DNA of 64,000 nucleotides from Haliotis rufescens (lineage: Eukaryota): positions 17,298,001 through 17,362,000 of the forward strand of contig NW_025964383.1 of NCBI RefSeq assembly GCF_023055435.1, read 5' to 3'. The notes beneath the pieces are model-generated. The model was not told the origin of the DNA. It searched no databases and saw nothing but the letters and a program-made list of their open reading frames with translations. Within the stretch, counting starts at the first letter, position 1. Every line of letters starts with the position of its first letter. This document shows, in pieces, positions 50,452-64,000 of the stretch. A program made the translations under genes and the position numbers.

Positions 50452-52372
50452 TTTCTAGGGCCTTCGGACACAACACTAGAATGCAGTCGGATGAAATACT
50501 ACAGGAATTCAGTAGCGCCAAATTTGGATAATTGGAAAGTAGATGTGTTCGTTTTCACGGATTGAGATGAAGTGAAGGACTCCAGTCCGTGCAAAACATT
50601 TATACTGACCCTTAGTATAAACATAGTAGTGGAGATTTATAGATCAAAGAGAGCATTTTCGAAGCCAGTGGCGAGATCAAAGCTACACTGCAACTTCATT
50701 AGGCTTTGATCCGAAAGGAATCTCACTGTCCACTTGAGAAACCAATCAACTTCTTGTCAAAACAAGTTTCCGTATAAAGGGAGAGGTCTGAGAAGAGTTC
50801 AACCAATCTAGTCCTGTTATCTCCAGGGATTATCAATCATTGTTAATTGATTAAATCGGGATTGATCAAACGGCGCAGTACGTTGTGATACTTAAAAATC
50901 CGATGTGGTTACTTTCGCATCCACAGAAACCAAGTCACAGAAACTTCTATCAGCTTGGAAATCGTGTGATGCTTCTCTGAACGTTTAGTTTCAATTAAAA
51001 AACCCGAGAAAACCATGTCCACAATCCTAAGAAATCCTTACTCTGGTAGGCAAAGGCAAAGTGAATAAATGTACAGTCAAATCTTGAACTTATTGTACAC
51101 ATCTGTTTGAGGTCGTAAATGCTATGATAATCTGACCATTTTCCCAACCCGTCTTACATGATCGAAATACAGCACGTATGTTTTGAAGCATTTCAAATAC
51201 TATTTTTTATGAATACCATCATCATGGTATAATTGAAGCAGCTCATGTATCTGGATATTAACCATCTTAGAAGCTTTTGGATGGACGTCGGCTACTTAAA
51301 AGGTTACTATATAAATAAATAAATAGGCATGTACAATAAAGTTTATGTGTGTTAAATGATCTAGAGACATCATCTTCAGTGTATAACTGTCATGTTTTTG
51401 GGAGAATTACAAAGCACGGTGTCATGATTTATATCTTTGAATACAGAATGCTGTTAAAGCACATGATGGAAATTGGAGTATGTTGCTAGATAAACATAAG
51501 CACGTTGTTAGCATTGTTTTTGAAAGATGCCCACTGTTTCATGTCAGGATATTCTGATCTTTACTTTTTAGTGCCTTTCAGGGGAATAGTATTCATCAAG
51601 TGCTGACTTGGATCAGAAATGTTATTTGGCCTGTGTTGATGTCAATGTTTCAATTTCCTTTTGTTTTCCATGCTGTCTACATTGACAATTTTTAACATGC
51701 ATGACTCTCTCCTTAAGCACTTGGGCATGTACATTTCAAAAGGAAAGAGAAACAATTAAATGCTCTGATAATATGAAATACAACCTGACATATATATCTC
51801 GCAGATCAATATCATATGGGGTTGTGGTTCGTCTGTCTAAATCCTTTTGCTATAGGATCGGAATGGATACGGAAAACGAATTGCAACGTTCCAAACTGTA
51901 TTTAATGTTATGGTGCAACCATTACATTGGAATCTCTTCTTCTCCATCATACCTAATGTCCAAATGTGTTTCATTTCAATTGATCTTATATTCAATAGTC
52001 TGTATCTTTTTCCTATTTCAAAGAATAGATTAAGGACGATATCTGCGAATGATTGCCATACTCAGAACCAAGGAAAATGATCGAAGGCTTGGTATTGTGA
52101 GATACCATCTCAAATTAACCTTTTCTCTCTCTCACAAACTTTCTATACGAATGATGTCTTCAAGATGTCGTGAGCGTGTCAGCAAATGATCAATATTATA
52201 ATATCGACTTCATTATTTATTTCCTCAGCATATTCATCAACAAACAAATGTGGTTTACAATATAATAGGATGCCCTTTGCACACTGTCAGGCAACATTTG
52301 TGTACAATAACAAAAAATGAATAACAAGGTAAATGCAGCACTAGTTGATGTGGATGGGACTTGTGATTTCCC

Positions 52373-52994
52373 TTAGGCGTTTCTATGAAGTGCACTGTCG
52401 TCTACAGACAAAGCTCGACTGAGAGTCGTCATATCGTAGCTGCTGTCGTTGCTGTATAGGTCTCCCTGGTCTTCGTCGTCCTCACTATATGAGCTGTCGG
52501 ACAAGAGTTCCGTGAAGGAAGCTTCATCATCATTGAAAGAGGTATCTGCATTCCAGTCCGCCTCCGAATCACTCTCTGCAGAAGCATCTTTGGTGATGGC
52601 GTTTACACAGGCTTGCACCTCTTGCCACTTGAGTTGTCTGTAGATGGTAAACATCTCCTTGACACCTTCCAGCACCCATCGTCTCTGGATCAGCTGTTCA
52701 CCTCGGATTATGCAGTTGTTGGAGGAGTTGGCTGTCATCTTCCGCATCAGATGGTAGACTTGGGTATCTGAAAACAATAAAACGGGTAATTAGAAATCTC
52801 GCTAAATGTGTTCACAAAAATGTCATTTTATTTTGTTCAATTCTAAAATTCAGTGTGATACCAATATTGCCATGTTTGCAGGGGACTGAAAAAGAGCACA
52901 GTTCATATTTACCTAATGTCAGGATCTCTTTCACTGCATTGTCGTGGGCAATAAGGAGACGTCTCAGCTTGATGGCAACTTGAACTGGATCCAT
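52373..52994 (-). CDS. Array gene copy 17 (two exons, 158 aa)
   Basis: Same structure and protein as copy 1. Confidence 0.78.
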
Positions 52995-54924
52995 TTTCTA
53001 GGGCCTTCGGACACAACACTAGAATGCAGTCGGATGAAATACTACAGGAATTCAGTAGCGCCAAATTTGGATAATTGGAAAGTAGATGTGTTCGTTCTCA
53101 CGGATTGAGATGAAGTGAAGGACTCCAGTCCGCGCAAAACATTTATACTGACCCTTAGTATAAACATAGTAGTGGAGATTTATAGATCAAAGAGAGCATT
53201 TTCGAAGCCAGTGGCGAGATCAAAGCTACACTGCAACTTCATTAGGCTTTGATCCGAAAGGAATCTCACTGTCCACTTGAGAAACCAATCAACTTCTTGT
53301 CAAAACAAGTTTCCGTATAAAGGGAGAGGTCTGAGAAGAGTTCAACCAATCTAGTCCTGTTATCTCCAGAGATTATCAATCATTGTTAATTGATTAAATC
53401 GGGATTGATCAAACGGCGCAGTACGTTGTGTTACTTAAAAATCCGATGTGGTTACTTTCGCATCCACAGAAACCAAGTCACAGAAACTTCTATCAGCTTG
53501 GAAATCGTGTGATGCTTCTCTGAACGTTTAGTTTCAATTAAAAAACCCGAGAAAACCATGTCCACAATCCTAAGAAATCCTTACTCTGGTAGGCAAAGGC
53601 AAAGTGAATAAATGTACAGTCAAATCTTGAACTTATTGTACACATCTGTTTGAGGTCGTAAATGCTATGATAATCTGACCATTTTCCCAACCCGTCTTAC
53701 ATGATCGAAATACAGCACGTATGTTTTGAAGCATTTCAAATACTATTTTTTATGAATACCATCATCATGGTATAATTGAAGCAGCTCATTTGGCTTAAGT
53801 ATCTGGATATTAACCATCTTAGAAGCTTTTGGGTGGACGTCGGCTACTTAAAAGGTTACTATATAAATAAATAAATAGGCATGTACAATAAAGTTTATGT
53901 GTGTTAAATGATCTAGAGACATCATCTTCAGTGTATAACTGTCATGTTTTTGGGAGAATTACAAAGCACGGTGTCATGATTTATATCTTTGAATACAGAA
54001 TGCTGTTAAAGCACATAATGGAAATTGGAGTATGTTGCTAGATAAACATAAGCACGTTGTTAGCATTGTTTTTGAAAGATGCCCACTGTTTCATGTCAGG
54101 ATATTCTGATCTTTACTTTTTAGTGCCTTTCAGGGGAATAGTATTCATCAAGTGCTGACTTGGATCAGAAATGTTATTTGGCCTGTGTTGATGTCAATGT
54201 TTCAATTTCCTTTTGTTTTCCATGCTGTGTACATTGACAATTTTTAACATGCATGACTCTCTCCTTAAGCACTTGGGCATGTACATTTCAAAAGGAAAGA
54301 GAAACAATTAAATGCTCTGATAATATGAAATACAACATGACATATATATCTCGCAGATCAATATCATATGGGGTTGTGGTTCGTCTGTCTAAATCCTTTT
54401 GCTATAGGATCGGCATGGATACGGAAAACGAATTGCAACGTTCCAAACTGTATTTAATGTTATGGTGCAACCATTACATTGGAATCTCTTCTTCTCCATC
54501 ATACCTAATGTCCAAATGTGTTTCATTTCAATTGATCTTATATTCAATAGTCTGTATCTTTTTCCTATTTCAAAGAATAGATTAAGGACGATATCTGCGA
54601 ATGATTGCCATACTCAGAACCAAGTAAAATGATCGAAGGCTTGGTATTGTGAGATACCATCTCAAATTAACCTTTTCTCTCTCTCACAAACTTTCTATAC
54701 GAATGATGTCTTCAAGATGTCGTGAGCGTGTCAGCAAATGATCAAGATTATAATATCGACTTCATTATTTATTTCCTCAGCATATTCATCAACAAACAAA
54801 TGTGGTTTACAATATAATAGGATGCCCTTTGCACACTGTCAGGCAACATTTGTGTACAATAACAAAAAATGAATAACAAGGTAAATGCAGCACTAGTTGA
54901 TGTGGATGGGACTTGTGATTTCCC

Positions 54925-55545
54925 TTAGGCGTTTCTATAAAGTGCACTGTCGTCTACAGACAAAGCTCGACTGAGAGTCGTCATATCGTAGCTGCTGTCG
55001 TTGCTGTATAGGTCCCCCTGGTCTTCGTCGTCCTCACTATATGAGCTGTCGGACAAGAGTTCCGTGAAGGAAGCTTCATCGTCATTGAAAGAGGTATCTG
55101 CATTCCAGTCCGCCTCCGAATCACTCTCTGCAGAAGCATCTTTGGTGATGGCGTTTACACAGGCTTGCACCTCTTGCCACTTGAGTTGTCTGTAGATGGT
55201 AAACATCTCCTTGACACCTTCCAGCACCCATCGTCTCTGGATCAGCTGTTCACCTCGGATTATGCAGTTGTTGGAGGAGTTGGCTGTCATCTTCCGCATC
55301 AGATGGTAGACTTGGGTATCTGAAAACAATAAAACGGGTAATTAGAAATCTCGCTAAATGTGTTCACAACAATGTCATTTTATTTTGTCCAATTCTAAAA
55401 TTCAGTGTGATACCAATATTGCCATGTTTGCAGGGGACTGAAAAGAGCACAGTTCATATTTACCTAATGTCAGGATCTCTTTCACTGCATTGTCGTGGGC
55501 AATAAGGAGACGTCTCAGCTTGATGGCAACTTGAACTGGATCCAT
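54925..55545 (-). CDS. Array gene copy 18 (158 aa, H to Y variant; 1-bp intronic deletion)
   Basis: ATG at 55545. The 60-aa ORF is absent from the track because of a 1-bp deletion near 55441, which falls inside the predicted intron. Confidence 0.78.
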
Positions 55546-57475
55546 TTTCTAGGGCCTTCGGACACAACACTAGAATGCAGTCGGATGAAATACTACAGGA
55601 ATTCAGTAGCGCCAAATTTAGATAATTGGAAAGTAGATGTGTTCGTTTTCACGGATTGAGATGAAGTGAAGGACTCCAGTCCGTGCAAAACATTTATACT
55701 GACCCTTAGTATAAACATAGTAGTGGAGATTTATAGATCAAAGAGAGCATTTTCGAAGCCAGTGGCGAGATCAAAGCTACACTGCAACTTCATTAGGCTT
55801 TGATCCGAAAGGAATCTCACTGTCCACTTGAGAAACCAATCAACTTCTTGTCAAAACAAGTTTCCGTATAAAGGGAGAGGTCTGAGAAGAGTTCAACCAA
55901 TCTAGTCCTGTTATCTCCAGGGATTATCAATCATTGTTAATTGATTAAATCGGGATTGATCAAACGGCGCAGTACGTTGTGATACTTAAAAATCCGATGT
56001 GGTTACTTTCGCATCCACAGAAACCAAGTCACAGAAACTTCTATCAGCTTGGAAATCGTGTGATGCTTCTCTGAACGTTTAGTTTCAATTAAAAAACCCG
56101 AGAAAACCATGTCCACAATCCTAAGAAATCCTTACTCTGGTAGGCAAAGGCAAAGTGAATAAATGTACAGTCAAATCTTGAACTTATTGTACACATCTGT
56201 TTGAGGTCGTAAATGCTATGATAATCTGACCATTTTCCCAACCCGTCTTACATGATCGAAATACAGCACGTATGTTTTGAAGCATTTCAAATACTATTTT
56301 TTATGAATACCATCATCATGGTATAATTGAAGCAGCTCATTTGGCTTAAGTATCTGGATATTAACCATCTTAGAAGCTTTTGGGTGGACGTCGGCTACTT
56401 AAAAGGTTACTATATAAATAAATAAATAGGCATGTACAATAAAGTTTATGTGTGTTAAATGATCTAGAGACATCATCTTCAGTGTATAACTGTCATGTTT
56501 TTGGGAGAATTACAAAGCACGGTGTCATGATTTATATCTTTGAATACAGAATGCTGTTAAAGCACATGATGGAAATTGGAGTATGTTGCTAGATAAACAT
56601 AAGCACGTTGTTAGCATTGTTTTTGAAAGATGCCCACTGTTTCATGTCAGGATATTCTGATCTTTACTTTTTAGTGCCTTTCAGGGGAATAGTATTCATC
56701 AAGTGCTGACTTGGATCAGAAATGTTATTTGGCCTGTGTTGATGTCAATGTTTCAATTTCCTTTTGTTTTCCATGCTGTGTACATTGACAATTTTTAACA
56801 TGCATGACTCTCTCCTTAAGCACTTGGGCATGTACATTTCAAAAGGAAAGAGAAACAATTAAATGCTCTGATAATATGAAATACAACATGACATATATAT
56901 CTCGCAGATCAATATCATATGGGGTTGTGGTTCGTCTGTCTAAATCCTTTTGCTATAGGATCGGAATGGATACGGAAAACGAATTGCAACGTTCCAAACT
57001 GTATTAAATGTTATGGTGCAACCATTACATTGGAATCTCTTCTTCTCCATCATACCTAATGTCCAAATGTGTTTCATTTCAATTGATCTTATATTCAATA
57101 GTCTGTATCTTTTTCCTATTTCAAAGAATAGATTAAGGACGATATCTGCGAATGATTGCCATACTCAGAACCAAGTAAAATGATCGAAGGCTTGGTATTG
57201 TGAGATACCATCTCAAATTAACCTTTTCTCTCTCTCACAAACTTTCTATACGAATGATGTCTTCAAGATGTCGTGAGCGTGTCAGCAAATGATCAAGATT
57301 ATAATATCGACTTCATTATTTATTTCCTCAGCATATTCATCAACAAACAAATGTGGTTTACAATATAATAGGATGCCCTTTGCACACTGTCAGGCAACAT
57401 TTGTGTACAATAACAAAAAATGAATAACAAGGGAAATGCAGCACTAGTTGATGTGGATGGGACTTGTGATTTCCC

Positions 57476-58097
57476 TTAGGCGTTTCTATGAAGTGCACTG
57501 TCGTCTACAGACAAAGCTCGACTGAGAGTCGTCATATCGTAGCTGCTGTCGTTGCTGTATAGGTCTCCCTGGTCTTCGTCGTCCTCACTATATGAGCTGT
57601 CGGACAAGAGTTCCGTGAAGGAAGCTTCATCATCATTGAAAGAGGTATCTGCATTCCAGTCCGCCTCCGAATCACTCTCTGCAGCAGCATCTTTGGTGAT
57701 GGCGTTTACACAGGCTTGCACCTCTTGCCACTTGAGTTGTCTGTAGATGGTAAACATCTCCTTGACACCTTCCAGCACCCATCGTCTCTGGATCAGCTGT
57801 TCACCTCGGATTATGCAGTTGTTGGAGGAGTTGGCTGTCATCTTCCGCATCAGATGGTAGACTTGGGTATCTGAAAACAATAAAACGGGTAATTAGAAAT
57901 CTCGCTAAATGTGTTCACAACAATGTCATTTTATTTTGTTCAATTCTAAAATTCAGTGTGATACCAATATTGCCATGTTTGCAGGGGACTGAAAAAGAGC
58001 ACAGTTCATATTTACCTAATGTCAGGATCTCTTTCACTGCATTGTCGTGGGCAATAAGGAGACGTCTCAGCTTGATGGCAACTTGAACTGGATCCAT
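57476..58097 (-). CDS. Array gene copy 19 (158 aa, S to A variant)
   Basis: Same structure as copy 1. Confidence 0.78.
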
Positions 58098-60027
58098 TTT
58101 CTAGGGCCTTCGGACACAACACTAGAATGCAGTCGGATGAAATACTACAGGAATTCAGTAGCGCCAAATTTGGATAATTGGAAAGTAGATGTGTTCGTTC
58201 TCACGGATTGAGATGAAGTGAAGGACTCCAGTCCGTGCAAAATATTTATACTGACCCTTAGTATAAACATAGTAGTGGAGATTTATAGATCAAAGAGAGC
58301 ATTTTCGAAGCCAGTGGCGAGATCAAAGCTACACTGCAACTTCATTAGGCTTTGATCCGAAAGGAATCTCACTGTCCACTTGAGAAACCAATCAACTTCT
58401 TGTCAAAACAAGTTTCCGTATAAAGGGAGAGGTCTGAGAAGAGTTCAACCAATCTAGTCCTGTTATCTCCAGAGATTATCAATCATTGTTAATTGATTAA
58501 ATCGGGATTGATCAAACGGCGCAGTACGTTGTGATACTTAAAAATCCGATGTGGTTACTTTCGCATCCACAGAAACCAAGTCACAGAAACTTCTATCAGC
58601 TTGGAAATCGTGTGATGCTTCTCTGAACGTTTAGTTTCAATTAAAAAACCCGAGAAAACCATGTCCACAATCCTAAGAAATCCTTACTCTGGTAGGCAAA
58701 GGCAAAGTGAATAAATGTACAGTCAAATCTTGAACTTATTGTACACATCTGTTTGAGGTCGTAAATGCTATGATAATCTGACCATTTTCCCAACCCGTCT
58801 TACATGATCGAAATACAGCACGTATGTTTTGAAGCATTTCAAATACTATTTTTTATGAATACCATCATCATGGTATAATTGAAGCAGCTCATTTGGCTTA
58901 AGTATCTGGATATTAACCATCTTAGAAGCTTTTGGGTGGACGTCGGCTACTTAAAAGGTTACTATATAAATAAATAAATAGGCATGTACAATAAAGTTTA
59001 TGTGTGTTAAATGATCTAGAGACATCATCTTCAGTGTATAACTGTCATGTTTTTGGGAGAATTACAAAGCACGGTGTCATGATTTATATCTTTGAATACA
59101 GAATGCTGTTAAAGCACATAATGGAAATTGGAGTATGTTGCTAGATAAACATAAGCACGTTGTTAGCATTGTTTTTGAAAGATGCCCACTGTTTCATGTC
59201 AGGATATTCTGATCTTTACTTTTTAGTGCCTTTCAGGGGAATAGTATTCATCAAGTGCTGACTTGGATCAGAAATGTTATTTGGCCTGTGTTGATGTCAA
59301 TGTTTCAATTTCCTTTTGTTTTCCATGCTGTGTACATTGACAATTTTTAACATGCATGACTCTCTCCTTAAGCACTTGGGCATGTACATTTCAAAAGGAA
59401 AGAGAAACAATTAAATGCTCTGATAATATGAAATACAACCTGACATATATCTCTCTCAGATCAATATCATATGGGGTTGTGGTTCGTCTGTCTAAATCCT
59501 TTTGCTATAGGATCGGCATGGATACGGAAAACGAATTGCAACGTTCCAAACTGTATTTAATGTTATGGTGCAACCATTACATTGGAATCTCTTCTTCTCC
59601 ATCATACCTAATGTCCAAATGTGTTTCATTTCAATTGATCTTATATTCAATAGTCTGTATCTTTTTCCTATTTCAAAGAATAGATTAAGGACGATATCTG
59701 CGAATGATTGCCATACTCAGAACCAAGTAAAATGATCGAAGGCTAGGTATTGTGAGATACCATCTCAAATTAACCTTTTCTCTCTCTCACAAACTTTCTA
59801 TACGAATGATGTCTTCAAGATGTCGTGAGCGTGTCAGTAAATGATCAAGATTATAATATCGACTTCATTATTTATTTCCTCAGCATATTCATCAACAAAC
59901 AAATGTGGTTTACAATATACTAGGATGCCCTTTGCACACTGTCAGGCAACATTTGTGTACAATAACAAAAAATGAATAACGAGGTAAATGCAGCACTAGT
60001 TGATGTGGATGGGACTTGTGATTTCCC

Positions 60028-60649
60028 TTAGGCGTTTCTATGAAGTGCACTGTCGTCTACAGACAAAGCTCGACTGAGAGTCGTCATATCGTAGCTGCTG
60101 TCGTTGCTGTATAGGTCTCCCTGGTATTCGTCGTCCTCACTATATGAGCTGTCGGACAAGAGTTCCGTGAAGGAAGCTTCATCATCATTGAAAGAGGTAT
60201 CTGCATTCCAGTCCGCCTCCGAATCACTCTCTGCAGCAGCATCTTTGGTGATGGCGTTTACACAGGCTTGCACCTCTTGCCACTTGAGTTGTCTGTAGAT
60301 GGTAAACATCTCCTTGACACCTTCCAGCACCCATCGTCTCTGGATCAGCTGTTCACCTCGGATTATGCAGTTGTTGGAGGAGTTGGCTGTCATCTTCCGC
60401 ATCAGATGGTAGACTTGGGTATCTGAAAACAATAAAACGGGTAATTAGAAATCTCGCTAAATGTGTTCACAACAATGTCATTTTATTTTGTTCAATTCTA
60501 AAATTCAGTGTGATACCAATATTGCCATGTTTGCAGGGGACTGAAAAAGAGCACAGTTCATATTTACCTAATGTCAGGATCTCTTTCACTGCATTGTCGT
60601 GGGCAATAAGGAGACGTCTCAGCTTGATGGCAACTTGAACTGGATCCAT
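60028..60649 (-). CDS. Array gene copy 20 (158 aa, S to A and D to Y variants)
   Basis: Same structure as copy 1. Confidence 0.78.
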
Positions 60650-62579
60650 TTTCTAGGGCCTTCGGACACAACACTAGAATGCAGTCGGATGAAATACTAC
60701 AGGAATTCAGTAGCGCCAAATTTGGATAATTGGAAAGTAGATGTGTTCGTTCTCACGGATTGAGATGAAGTGAAGGACTCCAGTCCGTGCAAAATATTTA
60801 TACTGACCCTTAGTATAAACATAGTAGTGGAGATTTATAGATCAAAGAGAGCATTTTCGAAGCCAGTGGCGAGATCAAAGCTACACTGCAACTTCATTAG
60901 GCTTTGATCCGAAAGGAATCTCACTGTCCACTTGAGAAACCAATCAACTTCTTGTCAAAACAAGTTTCCGTATAAAGGGAGAGGTCTGAGAAGAGTTCAA
61001 CCAATCTAGTCCTGTTATCTCCAGAGATTATCAATCATTGTTAATTGATTAAATCGGGATTGATCAAACGGCGCAGTACGTTGTGATACTTAAAAATCCG
61101 ATGTGGTTACTTTCGCATCCACAGAAACCAAGTCACAGAAACTTCTATCAGCTTGGAAATCGTGTGATGCTTCTCTGAACGTTTAGTTTCAATTAAAAAA
61201 CCCGAGAAAACCATGTCCACAATCCTAAGAAATCCTTACTCTGGTAGGCAAAGGCAAAGTGAATAAATGTACAGTCAAATCTTGAACTTATTGTACACAT
61301 CTGTTTGAGGTCGTAAATGCTATGATAATCTGACCATTTTCCCAACCCGTCTTACATGATCGAAATACAGCACGTATGTTTTGAAGCATTTCAAATACTA
61401 TTTTTTATGAATACCATCATCATGGTATAATTGAAGCAGCTCATTTGGCTTAAGTATCTGGATATTAACCATCTTAGAAGCTTTTGGGTGGACGTCGGCT
61501 ACTTAAAAGGTTACTATATAAATAAATAAATAGGCATGTACAATAAAGTTTATGTGTGTTAAATGATCTAGAGACATCATCTTCAGTGTATAACTGTCAT
61601 GTTTTTGGGAGAATTACAAAGCACGGTGTCATGATTTATATCTTTGAATACAGAATGCTGTTAAAGCACATAATGGAAATTGGAGTATGTTGCTAGATAA
61701 ACATAAGCACGTTGTTAGCATTGTTTTTGAAAGATGCCCACTGTTTCATGTCAGGATATTCTGATCTTTACTTTTTAGTGCCTTTCAGGGGAATAGTATT
61801 CATCAAGTGCTGACTTGGATCAGAAATGTTATTTGGCCTGTGTTGATGTCAATGTTTCAATTTCCTTTTGTTTTCCATGCTGTGTACATTGACAATTTTT
61901 AACATGCATGACTCTCTCCTTAAGCACTTGGGCATGTACATTTCAAAAGGAAAGAGAAACAATTAAATGCTCTGATAATATGAAATACAACCTGACATAT
62001 ATATCTCGCAGATCAATATCATATGGGGTTGTGGTTCGTCTGTCTAAATCCTTTTGCTATAGGATCGGCATGGATACGGAAAACGAATTGCAACGTTCCA
62101 AACTGTATTTAATGTTATGGTGCAACCATTACATTGGAATCTCTTCTTCTCCATCATACCTAATGTCCAAATGTGTTTCATTTCAATTGATCTTATATTC
62201 AATAGTCTGTATCTTTTTCCTATTTCAAAGAATAGATTAAGGACGATATCTGCGAATGATTGCCATACTCAGAACCAAGTAAAATGATCGAAGGCTTGGT
62301 ATTGTGAGATACCATCTCAAATTAACCTTTTCTCTCTCTCACAAACTTTCTATACGAATGATGTCTTCAAGATGTCGTGAGCGTGTCAGCAAATGATCAA
62401 GATTATAATATCGACTTCATTATTTATTTCCTCAGCATATTCATCAACAAACAAATGTGGTTTACAATATAATAGGATGCCCTTTGCACACTGTCAGGCA
62501 ACATTTGTGTACAATAACAAAAAATGAATAACAAGGTAAATGCAGCACTAGTTGATGTGGATGGGACTTGTGATTTCCC

Positions 62580-63201
62580 TTAGGCGTTTCTATGAAGTGC
62601 ACTGTCGTCTACAGACAAAGCTCGACTGAGAGTCGTCATATCGTAGCTGCTGTCGTTGCTGTATAGGTCTCCCTGGTCTTCGTCGTCCTCACTATATGAG
62701 CTGTCGGACAAGAGTTCCGTGAAGGAAGCTTCATCATCATTGAAAGAGGTATCTGCATTCCAGTCCGCCTCCGAATCACTCTCTGCAGCAGCATCTTTGG
62801 TGATGGCGTTTACACAGGCTTGCACCTCTTGCCACTTGAGTTGTCTGTAGATGGTAAACATCTCCTTGACACCTTCCAGCACCCATCGTCTCTGGATCAG
62901 CTGTTCACCTCGGATTATGCAGTTGTTGGAGGAGTTGGCTGTCATCTTCCGCATCAGATGGTAGACTTGGGTATCTGAAAACAATAAAACGGGTAATTAG
63001 AAATCTCGCTAAATGTGTTCACAACAATGTCATTTTATTTTGTTCAATTCTAAAATTCAGTGTGATACCAATATTGCCATGTTTGCAGGGGACTGAAAAA
63101 GAGCACAGTTCATATTTACCTAATGTCAGGATCTCTTTCACTGCATTGTCGTGGGCAATAAGGAGACGTCTCAGCTTGATGGCAACTTGAACTGGATCCA
63201 T
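62580..63201 (-). CDS. Array gene copy 21 (158 aa, S to A variant)
   Basis: Same structure as copy 1. Confidence 0.78.
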
Positions 63202-64000
63202 TTTCTAGGGCCTTCGGACACAACACTAGAATGCAGTCGGATGAAATACTACAGGAATTCAGTAGCGCCAAATTTGGATAATTGGAAAGTAGATGTGTTC
63301 GTTCTCACGGATTGAGATGAAGTGAAGGACTCCAGTCCGTGCAAAATATTTATACTGACCCTTAGTATAAACATAGTAGTGGAGATTTATAGATCAAAGA
63401 GAGCATTTTCGAAGCCAGTGGCGAGATCAAAGCTACACTGCAACTTCATTAGGCTTTGATCCGAAAGGAATCTCACTGTCCACTTGAGAAACCAATCAAC
63501 TTCTTGTCAAAACAAGTTTCCGTATAAAGGGAGAGGTCTGAGAAGAGTTCAACCAATCTAGTCCTGTTATCTCCAGAGATTATCAATCATTGTTAATTGA
63601 TTAAATCGGGATTGATCAAACGGCGCAGTACGTTGTGATACTTAAAAATCCGATGTGGTTACTTTCGCATCCACAGAAACCAAGTCACAGAAACTTGTAT
63701 CAGCTTGGAAATCGTGTGATGCTTCTCTGAACGTTTAGTTTCAATTAAAAAACCCGAGAAAACCATGTCCACAATCCTAAGAAATCCTTACTCTGGTAGG
63801 CAAAGGCAAAGTGAATAAATGTACAGTCAAATCTTGAACTTATTGTACACATCTGTTTGAGGTCGTAAATGCTATGATAATCTGACCATTTTCCCAACCC
63901 GTCTTACATGATCGAAATACAGCACGTATGTTTTGAAGCATTTCAAATACTATTTTTTATGAATACCATCATCATGGTATAATTGAAGCAGCTCATTTGG

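Larger units (their letters stand above)
1..64000. repeat. Tandem array (macrosatellite / gene array) of ~2551-bp units, about 21.4 copies, running off both window ends and interrupted by two LINE insertions
   Basis: The same ORF set recurs with a 2551-2552 bp period (99, 2650, 5201, 7752, 10303...), shortened to 2542-2543 where 9-bp deletions occur. Units differ only by scattered SNPs and small indels. Confidence 0.99.

Noticed and set aside
1-64000. CRISPR array, prokaryotic retron, or concatemer assembly artefact
   Set aside because: There is no repeat-spacer structure and the RT is a eukaryotic non-LTR ORF2. Units carry distinct shared variants and unit-specific insertions, which argues for a real array, although exact copy number needs read support.

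Overview
Eukaryotic (animal, probably molluscan) DNA. The whole window is a head-to-tail tandem array of about 21.4 near-identical ~2551-bp units. Each unit carries one small two-exon Pol II gene on the minus strand, which the ORF track splits into a 60-aa and a 134-aa ORF. A 145-bp GT-AG intron joins them into a 158-aa protein with a helical N-terminus and an acidic Ser/Asp-rich tail. The gene has a TATA box 31 nt from an Inr, three TCF/LEF-type sites, two CCAAT boxes and an AATAAA signal. Two neighbouring units are interrupted at the identical nucleotide, between TATA and Inr, by two copies of the same I-group non-LTR retrotransposon (APE-RT-RNase H-CCHC, (TAAG)n tail). One copy is 5'-truncated with an 11-bp TSD. 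The other is full length but has a 663-bp in-frame RT deletion. The best candidate for a new system is a promoter-targeting, site-specific LINE that parasitises a protein-coding macrosatellite and places its own 5' end at start-site distance from the host TATA box. All calls were made by eye; no database searches were run.
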